Source: Flavobacteriales bacterium (GTDB lineage Bacteria > Bacteroidota > Bacteroidia > Flavobacteriales_F > PHOS-HE28). From it: 64,000 nt of DNA. Under the pieces are notes generated by a model that worked only from the letters and a program-made list of their open reading frames with translations, made no database searches and was not told the origin of the DNA. The stretch is from the NCBI GenBank assembly GCA_016703005.1, contig JADJCX010000033.1, forward strand, positions 297,767-361,766. The letters are read 5' to 3'. How positions within the stretch are numbered: the stretch's first letter is position 1; every line of letters starts with the position of its first letter. A program made the position numbers and the translations under genes. Shown in pieces: positions 1 to 9,830 of the stretch.

Positions 1-715
1 GGAGCCTGTCCGCCGTTCATGGCCATCACGATCGGGCCGTTGAAGTAGAGCGTGTTGCCGGTCATGGCGCTGCCGATCAGGTTGCCGGGGTTCTGCATCA
101 TCGTGAGCGGGCCGTCCTGTTGATCGCTGAGGAAGCGATCGAAGATCCCCGGGAGCGTGTCGAGCTCGGGCCATGGGAAGCTGGTGGTGAGGGGAAAGAA
201 ATCCGCCATCTCCAATAGCCCGAACGAACCTTGGTTGCCGACCTTTTACTCAGGCCAACGAATCCGAGACCATGCCCCAGTTCATGCAGCGCAACGGAAA
301 CGAAATCGTGCTGGCCGGCACCGGGTGTGCCGCTGGTATCGGTGTACCAGTTGGCGCCGTTGCTGAAGAAGATATCGATGTCGTTCTCGCCGGGGTTCAG
401 GTCCACCCCCGCGATGCTGTTAGCGAGTGATGAAGCGTACCAAGTATCAGCGTAGGGCGCACCCGGAAAGTCGCGACGACCGTTGGGGAATGTGATGCCG
501 AGCGCGTTGGCGCCGAGCGGATAGAAACTCACGTTCACCTTGATCGGCACGGATGACATGAGCAGCTGCGACCAGATATCGGCCGCATGGTCGAAAGCGG
601 TGACCAACGCAGGCGGCACACTGTTGTAGGTGATGTTGAACTGAGCGGTCTGCGCGCCACCAGCAAGAAGCGAAAAGGAGAAAGCGAGAGTGATGAAGAA
701 ACGTTGGCTTCGCAT
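1..715 (-). CDS. Secreted zinc metallopeptidase (HEXXH, metzincin-like), N-terminal part. A frameshift lies near 245-248 and the 3' end runs past the window start.
   Basis: Signal peptide MRSQRFFITLAFSFSLLAG, then the HELGHGLGF zinc-binding motif. After ...GLSK the reading frame turns to low-complexity junk. The +2 frame continues with plausible protein (VGNQGSFGLLEMADFFPLTTSFPWPELD...) to position 1, and one extra A in the A4 run restores the frame. Confidence 0.5.
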
Positions 716-725
716 GCCAGCGAAC

Positions 726-1709
726 TTACACCGCCAACATTTGCACCAACCGGAAGAGGTCGGGCTCGATGGACTTCTTCTGCGTTATCGCATCGGCATG
801 CGGCGTGAACGTGATCTCGCCCTTGACGATGCCGACCACGCAGTTGTGCTTGTTGTCCTTCAAGCCCTCAACGGCAGCGGAGCCGAGTCGCGCCGCTAGC
901 AAACGATCGGCCATGGTGGGGTTACCACCGCGTTGCAAGTGACCGAGCACGCTGACGCGGATGTCGAATTGCGAGCAACGCTTTTTGACCTGCTCGGCGA
1001 GTTTGAATGCACCGCCCTCTTGATCGCCCTCAGCGACCACCACGATGCAACTGCCTTTCTCCTTCGAGCGGTTCTCCAGCACGCGCACCAGTTCCTCCAC
1101 GTTCTCCTTGCGTTCGGGAACCATCACGTACTCCGCACCCGCTGCAATGCCCGTGTGCATGGCGATGAAGCCGGTATCGCGTCCCATGACTTCCACGAAG
1201 AAGATGCGACCATAGCTCGACGCCGTGTCGCGCAAGCGGTCCATGGCTTCCAGCGCCGTGTTGCACGCCGTGTCGAATCCGATGGTGCGATCACTACCGC
1301 CCAGATCGTTGTCGATGGTGCTCGCGATGCCGATCACGCGCACGTCCTGTTCCTGTGCGAGTTGATGTGCACCGGTCTGTGTGCCGCCGCCGCCAATGCA
1401 GATCAGCGCATCAATGCCCGCATCACGCAGATTCGTTGCAGCCTGCGCACGGCCCTCCGGCTTCATGAACGCTTCGCTCCGCGCGCTGCGCAGGATGGTG
1501 CCGCCGCGCTGCACGATGTTCTTCACATCGCGCGGGCCGAGGTCGATGAAGTTCTTCTTCACCAGCCCATCATAGCCGTCCAGAATACCGGTGGTCTTGA
1601 TACCGTGGAAGTGGGCGGTGCGGACCACTGCCCGGATGGCGGCATTCATGCCGGGAGCATCACCGCCGGAGGTGAGAAGGGCGATGTGTTCGATGGGCAT
1701 GTTCAGCAT
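726..1709 (-). CDS. pfkA: ATP-dependent 6-phosphofructokinase
   Basis: 327 aa with the canonical PFK motifs LTSGGDAPGMNAAIRAVV, GDGS-like IGGGGT and MGR. Confidence 0.93.
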   Translation of the reverse strand: MLNMPIEHIALLTSGGDAPGMNAAIRAVVRTAHFHGIKTTGILDGYDGLVKKNFIDLGPRDVKNIVQRGGTILRSARSEAFMKPEGRAQAATNLRDAGIDALICIGGGGTQTGAHQLAQEQDVRVIGIASTIDNDLGGSDRTIGFDTACNTALEAMDRLRDTASSYGRIFFVEVMGRDTGFIAMHTGIAAGAEYVMVPERKENVEELVRVLENRSKEKGSCIVVVAEGDQEGGAFKLAEQVKKRCSQFDIRVSVLGHLQRGGNPTMADRLLAARLGSAAVEGLKDNKHNCVVGIVKGEITFTPHADAITQKKSIEPDLFRLVQMLAV

Positions 1710-1772
1710 TCGGGTGCCGGGCGGTTGTTCACTTTCACGACCTGCTACGGAACGGATCGTAGTGCAGCCTTG

Positions 1773-3476
1773 TCAGCCTCCTTCGCCGAAATGTACCAGT
1801 TGCGATCCACCAGAGGAATTGTTCCCGCAGGAGTGCTGCTGTACAAATGGATCCAGTCGGTCCCGACCGACCCTTTTCCCGGTCTCTCCATTAATGGCAA
1901 GGTTCACCGGCATGGTGAACCCGGGGATGCAGTTGGTCCATCGCACCCATAGACGCTTCTTCTTGATCGTGTACTCCAGCACTGGTATTTGTACGGTCCG
2001 CAAGTACTGATCGAAGATGCTCTTGTTGAGCAGCGTCTTGGTTCGCTCGCTGAAGTTGATCATGAATTCCTCGATCTCGGTGCTCGTTACGGTCTTGTGG
2101 AAGAACCGCCGGTTCATTTCCAGCAACATCGCCTTGAAGGTGCTGTCTCCGACGATGTGGCGGACCATGTGGATGAGGTTCGCGCCCTTGTTGTACATGT
2201 CGCCGCTGCCTTCCTGATTCACCCCGTAAGGGCCGATCAACGGCTTGTCGTTCGAGATGTCAGCGCGCAAACCGACCACATACTCTTCGGCGGCCTGTTT
2301 CCCGCTTTGGCATTCGGTGTAGATCGTTTCCGTGTAGTCGGTGAAGCCCTCGTGGATCCACATGTCCGCGATATCAGCCGTTGTGATGCTATTGCCGAAC
2401 CACTCGTGACCGCTTTCGTGGATGATGATGTAATCCCACTTCAGGCCGTGACCCGACTTGCTGCGATCCGTGCCGAGGTATCCGTTCATGAACTTGTTGC
2501 CATAGGCAACAGCACTCTGGTGTTCCATGCCCAAGTGGGGTGATTCCACCAGCTTGTAGCCATCCTTGTAAAACGGATATGGCCCCAGCCATTCTTCGAA
2601 GCAGTTCAACATCAACGGCACTTGCATGAAGTGCTCTCGGGCTTTCGTTTCGTTGTAGGCAAGCACCCAATAGTCGAGATCGAGTTTGCCCTGCACACCG
2701 GCGTACACTTCGCCGAAGTGCGCGTACTTCCCGATGTACGGAACGAGGTTGTACGAATTGATCGGGTTGCTCACCGCCCAGTTCCAAGTTGTGGTGCCGT
2801 TGTTATTGTGCGACTTCCCACGCAAGCGCCCATTGCCGATAGCCTCTAAGCTGTCGGGGACGGTGATATGCAATGCGGCGCTGTCGGGTTCATCGCTTTG
2901 GTGGTCTTTGCACGGGTACCACACGCTAGCGCCAAGGCCTTGGCAGGCAACGCTCATCCAAGGGTTGCCCTGCTCATCGGTCCTCCAGATCCAGCCGCCA
3001 TCCCACGGTGGGTTCTTCGCGGCGCGCGGTGTCCCGTGGTAGTAAACCGTGATGGAAGAAACTTCGCCCGCGATCATGGGGGTTGGAAGTTCAACCCACA
3101 GCACGTTGCCGTTGCGCGTGCTTTGGATCGCTTGCTCCGTGATGAGGAAATCACCGTCTCGGAAAGTCGCGACGCTGGTGGTGATGCTGTCCATCACAAG
3201 CGGTTCTTGGAGATCCACCTGCATGCGCTTGCCCTCAAGGTTCGCTGAGAACGAGATCGTCGTGATGCCAACGATCGACTTGCTCTGGAAGTCCGGGGTC
3301 ACGCTGACATCGTAGTGCGTCACATCCCACCACGCCCGGTATGGGCCAATGCTCCCGCGCAGCGAATCAGTCCGCGTGAAGTGTTGCTGGCCATCGCCCA
3401 ATTGAGCACAGGCAAGAATTGGGCAACTGAGCAGTGCGAAAGAGAGCGTACGCAGCAAGGGTGCTTGACGGGTCAT
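1773..3476 (-). CDS. Secreted M1-family metallopeptidase (aminopeptidase N-like)
   Basis: Signal peptide, a GMEHQ (GAMEN-like) exopeptidase motif and HESGHEWFGN (HEXXH) with the downstream Glu spacing typical of M1. Confidence 0.75.
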   Translation of the reverse strand: MTRQAPLLRTLSFALLSCPILACAQLGDGQQHFTRTDSLRGSIGPYRAWWDVTHYDVSVTPDFQSKSIVGITTISFSANLEGKRMQVDLQEPLVMDSITTSVATFRDGDFLITEQAIQSTRNGNVLWVELPTPMIAGEVSSITVYYHGTPRAAKNPPWDGGWIWRTDEQGNPWMSVACQGLGASVWYPCKDHQSDEPDSAALHITVPDSLEAIGNGRLRGKSHNNNGTTTWNWAVSNPINSYNLVPYIGKYAHFGEVYAGVQGKLDLDYWVLAYNETKAREHFMQVPLMLNCFEEWLGPYPFYKDGYKLVESPHLGMEHQSAVAYGNKFMNGYLGTDRSKSGHGLKWDYIIIHESGHEWFGNSITTADIADMWIHEGFTDYTETIYTECQSGKQAAEEYVVGLRADISNDKPLIGPYGVNQEGSGDMYNKGANLIHMVRHIVGDSTFKAMLLEMNRRFFHKTVTSTEIEEFMINFSERTKTLLNKSIFDQYLRTVQIPVLEYTIKKKRLWVRWTNCIPGFTMPVNLAINGETGKRVGRDRLDPFVQQHSCGNNSSGGSQLVHFGEGG

Positions 3477-3530
3477 GCCGAAATGTAGGAGGGCGGTCTG
3501 AGAGCGGTACCCGAAGCGGCGGTCAATGGT

Positions 3531-3941
3531 TCAAGGCTTGGTGGCCGGTATCGGAGCTGGTGCATCCGGGCTCTTCACCTCCGGCACGGAGTGGCCCGCT
3601 GGCGGCCATTGGTCCACGACCTTCCCATCGGTAGAGGTCACCTTCACGGCCAGCTTTCGCTGCGCGTACTTGTTCAGCAGCACCTTTTGGTTGTTCAGTG
3701 CCTCTTCGCGTTCCGTGAAGAGCAGCAGATCGGTATCGGTGATGTCCTTGAAGGATGCGTACTCAGCTTTCACTCGCGCCATGATCTGTTCGGTGGTGAA
3801 CTGTTCGGTGGTCTCGAACACTTCGGTCATCTGAACCGTTGGCCCGTTGCGCCAGTTGCCGATAGCGTATGCATAGATCGTTTTCTGCGCGAGCAAGGCT
3901 TGGGAGCTAAGGAGCAGGAGAGAGGCGATGAGGGTTCTCAT
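3531..3941 (-). CDS. Hypothetical secreted protein
   Basis: 136 aa with an N-terminal signal peptide (MRTLIASLLLLSSQALLAQ). No recognisable domain. Confidence 0.35.
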   Translation of the reverse strand: MRTLIASLLLLSSQALLAQKTIYAYAIGNWRNGPTVQMTEVFETTEQFTTEQIMARVKAEYASFKDITDTDLLLFTEREEALNNQKVLLNKYAQRKLAVKVTSTDGKVVDQWPPAGHSVPEVKSPDAPAPIPATKP

Positions 3942-3963
3942 TATCCGTCAAAGTTGTGCGCTG

Positions 3964-6255
3964 TCAGTGGATGTCGATCTCGTCAAGGAACAACCATGCC
4001 GGACTACCGGCACCGGCTAGGCCATCAGGGATCCGCGCAACGTTCTTCACAACGAACCGCACGTAGCGTGCGCCAACGGCCTGGTCGATCGCGAACTGCG
4101 TGTTCCCGCTCGCGTCGGGTGCGGGTAATACAGCGCCGAGCACTTCATACTTCACGCCATCGGTGCTGGTGCTCATCGTCACTTTCTCGGGCAAGTGGAT
4201 CCACGACGTGTTCTCCTCCAAGGCCCCGATGCCGATGTGGTTGAGGTCCTGCGCGCTACCCAGATCCACTGTTATCGTTACATCCGTTCGCCAGCCCAGC
4301 CACTCATAATTCACGCGGCGTTCACCTGCCTTGATACCATCCACCAAGGTGAAGGGGCCGCCTTCCTTGTAGCGGTCGTTCGGCAACGGGTCACAGGTGA
4401 TCTTCCGGGCAGTGGCTTTGTTGAACACGAACCGGCGTGTTGCGATGGGGCCGGTCTTGTCTTCATTCATGAACCATCCGCGCACTTCCCGGTCGCTGTT
4501 GATCAGTAGTGGCTCGTTATACCGACTGAGTTGGCCCGTTGACGGATCAAAGGGCGGTTTCAGTTCCGTGTAGGACAAGCCAAGCCCAAGCCCCGACTTC
4601 AGTTCCACCAGCACCTCGCCTGGCTTAGGACCACGCAGGGGTGTTATGGTGACTTGGTACAAACTCCGGCTCGCATTCACATGCAACGAATCCAATCGTG
4701 GGAACTCGGCTTCCAAGCGCTTGATGAAATCCTTCTCGTCGCGCTTCTCCTTCGGGCTCCACAGCACCTCCGCCAGCGCCAGCATGCGCGGCGCGGCCAT
4801 GTATTCCACATGCTCCGGAGTATGGATGTACTCCGTCCACATGTTGCCTTGCGCACCGAGGATGTACTTGCCTTCTTCCGCGGTCAATTCCGCAGGGATC
4901 GGCTCGAAGCCGTAGACCTTTTGCAAGCTGGTGAAACCCCCAATGGCCAACGGCTCTTGCGCGGGATCGCCTTGGTAGTGATCGAAGTAGCAGTGCGTGC
5001 CGGGGCTCATCACCACGTTGTGATTCTGCTTCGCTGCTGCAATGCCGCCTTCAGTGCCGCGCCAGCTCATCACGGCCGCGTTGGGCGCCAAGCCGCCTTC
5101 CAGGATCTCGTCCCACCCGATGATCTTGCGGCCTTTGCTGTTCACGAACTTCTCGATGCGCTGAATGAAATAGCTCTGCAACTCGTGTTCGTCCTTGAGG
5201 CCTTCGGTCTTTATGCGGGCTTGGCATTTGGCGCACACTTTCCAACGGTCCTTAGGGGATTCATCGCCACCGATGTGGATGTACTCGCTCGGAAAAAGCG
5301 CCATCACTTCGGTAAGAACATTCTCCAAAAACGCGAACGTGCTGTCGGTGGGGCAGAAGACATCCTCAAATACGCCCCAGCCTCGCTCCACCGCGAAGGG
5401 ACCGCCCGTGCAACTGAGCTCCGGATAGGCTGCCAACGCCGCCATCGCATGTCCGGGCATTTCGATCTCGGGCACAACGGTGATGTGCCGCGCAGCAGCA
5501 TACTTTACGATCTCGCGCACTTCGTCCTGCGTGTAAAAGCCGCCGTAGCGCAGGCTGTCGTACTGCCGCTCGCGGTAGTGGCCCACCATACTGCCGTTGC
5601 GCCAGCCGCCTACTTCGGTCAGTTTGGGGTAGCGCTCGATCGCGATCCGCCAGCCTTGGTCGTCGGTCAGGTGCCAGTGGAAGGTGTTCATCTTGTACCG
5701 AGCAAGCAGGTCGATGTACTTCTTGATGAAGCTGGCCGGCATGAAATGCCTGCTCACATCCAGGTGCATACCCCGCCACGCGAACCGCGGTTGGTCGCTG
5801 ATCATTACACATGGGATGGTCGGGACCTCTGTGCCGGGCTCAGGCAGCAATTGCAGGAACGTTTGTATGCCCCTGAACACACCGGCTTCATCCGTGCCGT
5901 AGATCGAGGCGCCTTCGGGCAGTACTGTCAACTCGTAGCCTTCCGCCTTCAACCCTTTGTTCGGCGCCAAGCCCACCGCGATCACCAAGCCCATTCCCCG
6001 GTGCACGGGTTGAATGGTGGTTTCCACACCAATGGCCTTCAACCCTGCTTGAAGGAATCGGGCCTTGTCGCCCAGTTCATTCTTATAGAGGGCAATGCTC
6101 ATCCCGTTCACCAAGCCGAAGCGCCCCTCGGTCCATTGAATGCGCTCTGGCTGCGGGATCAACGGGGGATGGATGGAGTCCTGACCGGAAACCGTTCCTG
6201 AGATCAATATGGCACCGATCAGGGCCGCGCACGTGCTTGTTCCCATACCCATCAT
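3964..6255 (-). CDS. Beta-N-acetylhexosaminidase (GH20) with a C-terminal F5/8 type C (discoidin)-like domain
   Basis: 763 aa, signal peptide, GH20 catalytic region (HIGGDE, WHLTDDQGWR), discoidin-like C-terminus. Confidence 0.88.
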   Translation of the reverse strand: MMGMGTSTCAALIGAILISGTVSGQDSIHPPLIPQPERIQWTEGRFGLVNGMSIALYKNELGDKARFLQAGLKAIGVETTIQPVHRGMGLVIAVGLAPNKGLKAEGYELTVLPEGASIYGTDEAGVFRGIQTFLQLLPEPGTEVPTIPCVMISDQPRFAWRGMHLDVSRHFMPASFIKKYIDLLARYKMNTFHWHLTDDQGWRIAIERYPKLTEVGGWRNGSMVGHYRERQYDSLRYGGFYTQDEVREIVKYAAARHITVVPEIEMPGHAMAALAAYPELSCTGGPFAVERGWGVFEDVFCPTDSTFAFLENVLTEVMALFPSEYIHIGGDESPKDRWKVCAKCQARIKTEGLKDEHELQSYFIQRIEKFVNSKGRKIIGWDEILEGGLAPNAAVMSWRGTEGGIAAAKQNHNVVMSPGTHCYFDHYQGDPAQEPLAIGGFTSLQKVYGFEPIPAELTAEEGKYILGAQGNMWTEYIHTPEHVEYMAAPRMLALAEVLWSPKEKRDEKDFIKRLEAEFPRLDSLHVNASRSLYQVTITPLRGPKPGEVLVELKSGLGLGLSYTELKPPFDPSTGQLSRYNEPLLINSDREVRGWFMNEDKTGPIATRRFVFNKATARKITCDPLPNDRYKEGGPFTLVDGIKAGERRVNYEWLGWRTDVTITVDLGSAQDLNHIGIGALEENTSWIHLPEKVTMSTSTDGVKYEVLGAVLPAPDASGNTQFAIDQAVGARYVRFVVKNVARIPDGLAGAGSPAWLFLDEIDIH

Positions 6256-6393
6256 GCCGCAATACTACCCGCTACCACCGCGACTTTCTCACCCTTGTCA
6301 TCTTTCAGGTCATTCCAGCACATTTCCCCGTACGGGTCATCCGGTTACATTCGCAGCCCCTTAACAAAGAGGGGACCTAAAACACAACGCGAC

Positions 6394-6972
6394 ATGCCAA
6401 CTCGCATCCGCCTTCAGAGGAAAGGCAAGAAAGGCCGGCCATACTACCACATCGTGGTGGCCGATCAGCGCGCTCCGCGCGACGGTAAGTACATCGAGCA
6501 GATCGGTGCTTACGACCCGAACCAGAACCCTGCGTTCGTGGAGATCAACAGCGAAAAAGCACTGGATTGGATGCAGAAAGGCGCACAGCCTTCTGACACC
6601 TGCCGTGCCATCCTGAGCTACAAAGGCTTGGTGTTCAAGAACCACCTGCTCAATGGTGTGAAGAAGAACGCGTTCACACAGGAAGAAGCCGATCGTCGCT
6701 TCGATATCTGGATGAACGAGAAGAACGCGAAGGTGGAAGCCAAGCGTAGCAAGCTGGGCCAGGCTGCCGATACTGAACTGCGTACGCGTATTGCCGACGA
6801 AACGAAGAAGGCAAAGGACATGGCTGCCAAGCTCAGCGCGAAACTGGCTGAAGCCAGCGCCGCTGCGGCTGCTGCCGCTGCCCCTGTTGTTGAGGCTGCT
6901 GCTGAAGTCACGCCCGAGGCGCCTGCTGAAGCCGCCGCTGAAGCTGCTCCGGAAGCACCAGCTGCCGAGTAA
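6394..6972 (+). CDS. rpsP: 30S ribosomal protein S16 with an Ala/Glu-rich C-terminal extension
   Basis: MPTRIRLQRKGKKGRPYYHIVVADQRAPRDGKYIEQIGAYDP is canonical S16. The annotated start is moved to the ATG at 6394 from the track's upstream ORF start. The long charged tail is common in Bacteroidota. Confidence 0.93.
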   Translation: MPTRIRLQRKGKKGRPYYHIVVADQRAPRDGKYIEQIGAYDPNQNPAFVEINSEKALDWMQKGAQPSDTCRAILSYKGLVFKNHLLNGVKKNAFTQEEADRRFDIWMNEKNAKVEAKRSKLGQAADTELRTRIADETKKAKDMAAKLSAKLAEASAAAAAAAAPVVEAAAEVTPEAPAEAAAEAAPEAPAAE

Positions 6973-6995
6973 GACAAACACACCATCGATAGCGA

Positions 6996-7035
6996 GGCCT
7001 CCGATCATTCGGGGGCCTCGTTCGTTTTGTTGGAC
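6996..7035 (+). terminator. Putative rho-independent terminator or attenuator between rpsP and rimM
   Basis: GC-rich hairpin CGAGGCCTCCG...CGGGGGCCTCG followed by TTCGTTTTGTT. Confidence 0.4.
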
Positions 7036-7093
7036 CATTTTCGCACGAGGAGCCACAGGAGCGGCGTCGCCGACGCCCCACTACATTCACGCC

Positions 7094-7654
7094 ATGGACC
7101 GCGACAGCCTGCACCGCCTCGGCCGCCTTGGGAAACCTTGGGGGCACCAAGGCGATCTGTGCGTGCACTTGGAGACCGTGGAGCCCGAGGAGATCCAGCA
7201 TGCAGGTTCCTTGTTCGTGGACATTGAAGGCCAGTTGGTGCCGTTCTTCTTCACCAAACTGCGCGACAAGGGGCGGGAACTCCTGATCAAGTTCGACGAG
7301 ATCGAAGACCCGCAAGCGGCAAGCGTTCTGGTGGGTAGGGACATTTATGCGCCACCTGGCCACTTGGCCGATGGAAGCGACGAAAGCTGGGACCCGGAAG
7401 AGTTCATTGGTTGCATCGTAATGGACGATGAACACGGGGAACTAGGAGAGGTGACCGGCCTGGAAGGAACCGACGAAAACCCGGTGCTGGTGGTGCTGCA
7501 TGGCGAGAAGGAAGTGCTTATACCGGTCACGGACGATATCATCATAGGTCTCGACCCGGAGCAGAACATCATTCAGGTGCGCACACCAGCCGGGCTTGGT
7601 GGATTTCTATCGGGGGCAGAAGTAGCGCCGCACTGTATCCGTTCGACAGCCTGA
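7094..7654 (+). CDS. rimM: 16S rRNA processing protein RimM
   Basis: RimM N-terminal and PRC-barrel pattern (LGRLGKPWGHQGDL...) immediately downstream of rpsP. Start trimmed to MDRDSL. Confidence 0.8.
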   Translation: MDRDSLHRLGRLGKPWGHQGDLCVHLETVEPEEIQHAGSLFVDIEGQLVPFFFTKLRDKGRELLIKFDEIEDPQAASVLVGRDIYAPPGHLADGSDESWDPEEFIGCIVMDDEHGELGEVTGLEGTDENPVLVVLHGEKEVLIPVTDDIIIGLDPEQNIIQVRTPAGLGGFLSGAEVAPHCIRSTA

Positions 7655-7674
7655 GCTAGGATCACACCAGCGAC

Positions 7675-8376
7675 ATGGAGCCTTTCCACTTCAAGCAATT
7701 CAGTGTGCGCCACGATCGCAGTGCGATCAAGGTGGGCACCGATTCCGTGTTGTTGGGTGCGTGGACGAACTACAACAAAGCGGAACGCATCCTCGATATC
7801 GGCACCGGTTGCGGAGTGTTGGCGTTGATCGCTGCACAGCGCAATGGAACGGCTCGCATAGACGGCATCGAGATCGATACCGCATCTGCCGAGGAAGCTA
7901 GGGCGAACGCGGCGGTAAGCCCATGGAATGATCGCCTGCGGATCCACAATATGGATGCGCGTAAGCTCGTGTCCAGTGACCGCTATGATCTCATCATCAG
8001 CAATCCACCGTTCTATGCCGGTGAGGAAGCTTCTCCGGACTCGCGCAGAAGCGTAGCCAAGCACAGTGGCGAATTGACGTTCAACGAATTGCTCTGTGCT
8101 GCGGATAAGTTGCTGGCTGCGGATGGGCGCATCAGCGTGGTGTTGCCCCTGAACAGGGAAAAAGACTTCCTGACTGACGCCGCGTTATTCGGATTGAAGC
8201 CGAACCGGCGATGCGTCGTGCGCTATCTGGGAAGCCGGCCGCCCAAACGCGTGATGCTGGAACTGGGCCGAAGAGCAGAGGAATTGGAACAGGAGGAGAT
8301 CACCGTGGAGAGCACACAGGGCGAGTTCTCAGCCGGGTACCGAACGCTGCTCAGCGATCTGCTGATGAAGTTCTGA
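7675..8376 (+). CDS. tRNA1(Val) (adenine37-N6)-methyltransferase-like small-domain methyltransferase (YfiC/TrmN6 family)
   Basis: SAM-binding DIGTGCGVLALI and the N6-adenine MTase motif NPPF. Confidence 0.65.
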   Translation: MEPFHFKQFSVRHDRSAIKVGTDSVLLGAWTNYNKAERILDIGTGCGVLALIAAQRNGTARIDGIEIDTASAEEARANAAVSPWNDRLRIHNMDARKLVSSDRYDLIISNPPFYAGEEASPDSRRSVAKHSGELTFNELLCAADKLLAADGRISVVLPLNREKDFLTDAALFGLKPNRRCVVRYLGSRPPKRVMLELGRRAEELEQEEITVESTQGEFSAGYRTLLSDLLMKF

Positions 8377-8386
8377 GCAGGAAGGT

Positions 8387-9724
8387 CTATCGGGCTGCTG
8401 TTTCAGAGAACACGATTCCGTGTTGCTCCAATTCATCGAGAATAGGGTCGTAGATCTCTGCATCAAGCGGCATCAGCACACCGCGCTTCGTGATCCGGCC
8501 GTTCAGCACCAGCTTGGCGGCGATGGCGACAGGCAGGCCAACGGTTTTGGCCATCGCGGTGTAGGTTTGGTCCTGCCCGATCGCAGTGAGCGAGGCATGG
8601 AGCTCATGCTGCTTTCCCGCGTTCGTGTACACGAAGCGATGCCACATCACCACTAGGTCCTTGTCGGTGGGCATCAACTTCCACCGCTGCTCCAACAAGT
8701 GTTGCAGCAAGCCTGCTGGCGAAAGCCCCGATCGGCCGATCGGCTCCTCGCCGAACAGGCCCAACTCATCCAACTTTTGCATGATGCCACCTTGCGGATC
8801 GAGGTTGAGGTAGTAAGCCAGGTTGAGCCTTGTACTACGGCCGGCATCCGGTGGCAAGAACGCGTTGACGTAATCCGCCCAAGTAGCGGTAGCGCCCAGT
8901 TCCATGATGAAACTGTCGTCGGTGCACCCGAGCTGTACGAAAGTGTCCCATGCGATGCAGAAGCCCGCCTTGCGTAGCGTGCCCCGTTTCAATGTCGGAA
9001 TACCGTCCAAACCGTAATGTGAGCGGTACTTCAGCGAATCCCTGTTGGCGTAACCGTCAAAGGCACCGAAGCCGGGCACGGAGACGTTCACCGTGCGTTG
9101 GAAAAGCTTGTTGTAGGGGATGTACCGCGTAATGCCTTGGTCGATGTACTTCGCCGAACCGCCTTGGCCGGCAAGGATCACGTTGCGTGGGTTCCAACTG
9201 AACTTATACCCCCAAGAGTTCGTGTCGCTTTCGGGCGCGACAAGTCCACCGCAGTAGCTCTCGAATGCATCGAAGGAGCCACCGTCCTTTTTGATCCGAT
9301 CGATGATGCGCATGGCGCTCATGTGATCGATGCCGGGGTCCAGACCGAGTTCATTCAGCAGCACAAGGCCGGCGGCCTTAGCTTCGGCATCCAGCGGCCA
9401 CATGGCATCGGGTACGTAGCTCGGCGTCAGCACGTGCTTCTTCAACCGGATGCAGTCCTTCACAACGTCCATGTGCATGAAGGCCGGCAGCATGCTGATC
9501 ACCAGATCATGCTTGGCGATCTCCGCGCTCCGCGCTTCAGCGTTCGTGGCGTCGAGGGCCATGGCCTTTGCTACGTCACTAGCCCCTTTCAAGAGTGAAG
9601 CTGCGTGTTGCACTTCGCGATCGGCCACAACGATGGTCCATTGCTCGTGTTGAGCGTGATCGACCAAATACTTGATGAGGGAAGAGGCGGAACGGCCAGC
9701 CCCGAGGATGAGTATGGAACGCAT
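8387..9724 (-). CDS. Saccharopine dehydrogenase family protein (NADP-binding)
   Basis: Rossmann-fold N-terminus MRSILILGAGRSASSLIKYL. Length about 445 aa after moving the start to MRSIL. Confidence 0.75.
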   Translation of the reverse strand: MRSILILGAGRSASSLIKYLVDHAQHEQWTIVVADREVQHAASLLKGASDVAKAMALDATNAEARSAEIAKHDLVISMLPAFMHMDVVKDCIRLKKHVLTPSYVPDAMWPLDAEAKAAGLVLLNELGLDPGIDHMSAMRIIDRIKKDGGSFDAFESYCGGLVAPESDTNSWGYKFSWNPRNVILAGQGGSAKYIDQGITRYIPYNKLFQRTVNVSVPGFGAFDGYANRDSLKYRSHYGLDGIPTLKRGTLRKAGFCIAWDTFVQLGCTDDSFIMELGATATWADYVNAFLPPDAGRSTRLNLAYYLNLDPQGGIMQKLDELGLFGEEPIGRSGLSPAGLLQHLLEQRWKLMPTDKDLVVMWHRFVYTNAGKQHELHASLTAIGQDQTYTAMAKTVGLPVAIAAKLVLNGRITKRGVLMPLDAEIYDPILDELEQHGIVFSETAAR

Positions 9725-9830
9725 TGCGCGAATGTGGAGATGAGGGCGATGTGGAAATCTGAACGGGCGCAAAGATGCCGCTGGGAGCACACTCGTCCGG
9801 CGCGCTTCGCGATCTCCTTTCTTAGCGCAC

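Noticed and set aside
933-1952. Large plus-strand ORFs antisense to pfkA, GH20, E1 and others (for example 933-1952, 4654-6201, 43209-44222 and 44427-45113)
   Set aside because: They have biased low-complexity Arg/Ala/Gly composition, no start context and overlap high-confidence genes. These are GC-skew artefacts.
6791-7056. Long upstream extensions of the track ORFs for rpsP, rimM, pckA-adjacent genes and others
   Set aside because: Internal ATG or GTG codons coincide with conserved N-termini or signal peptides, so the starts were trimmed accordingly.
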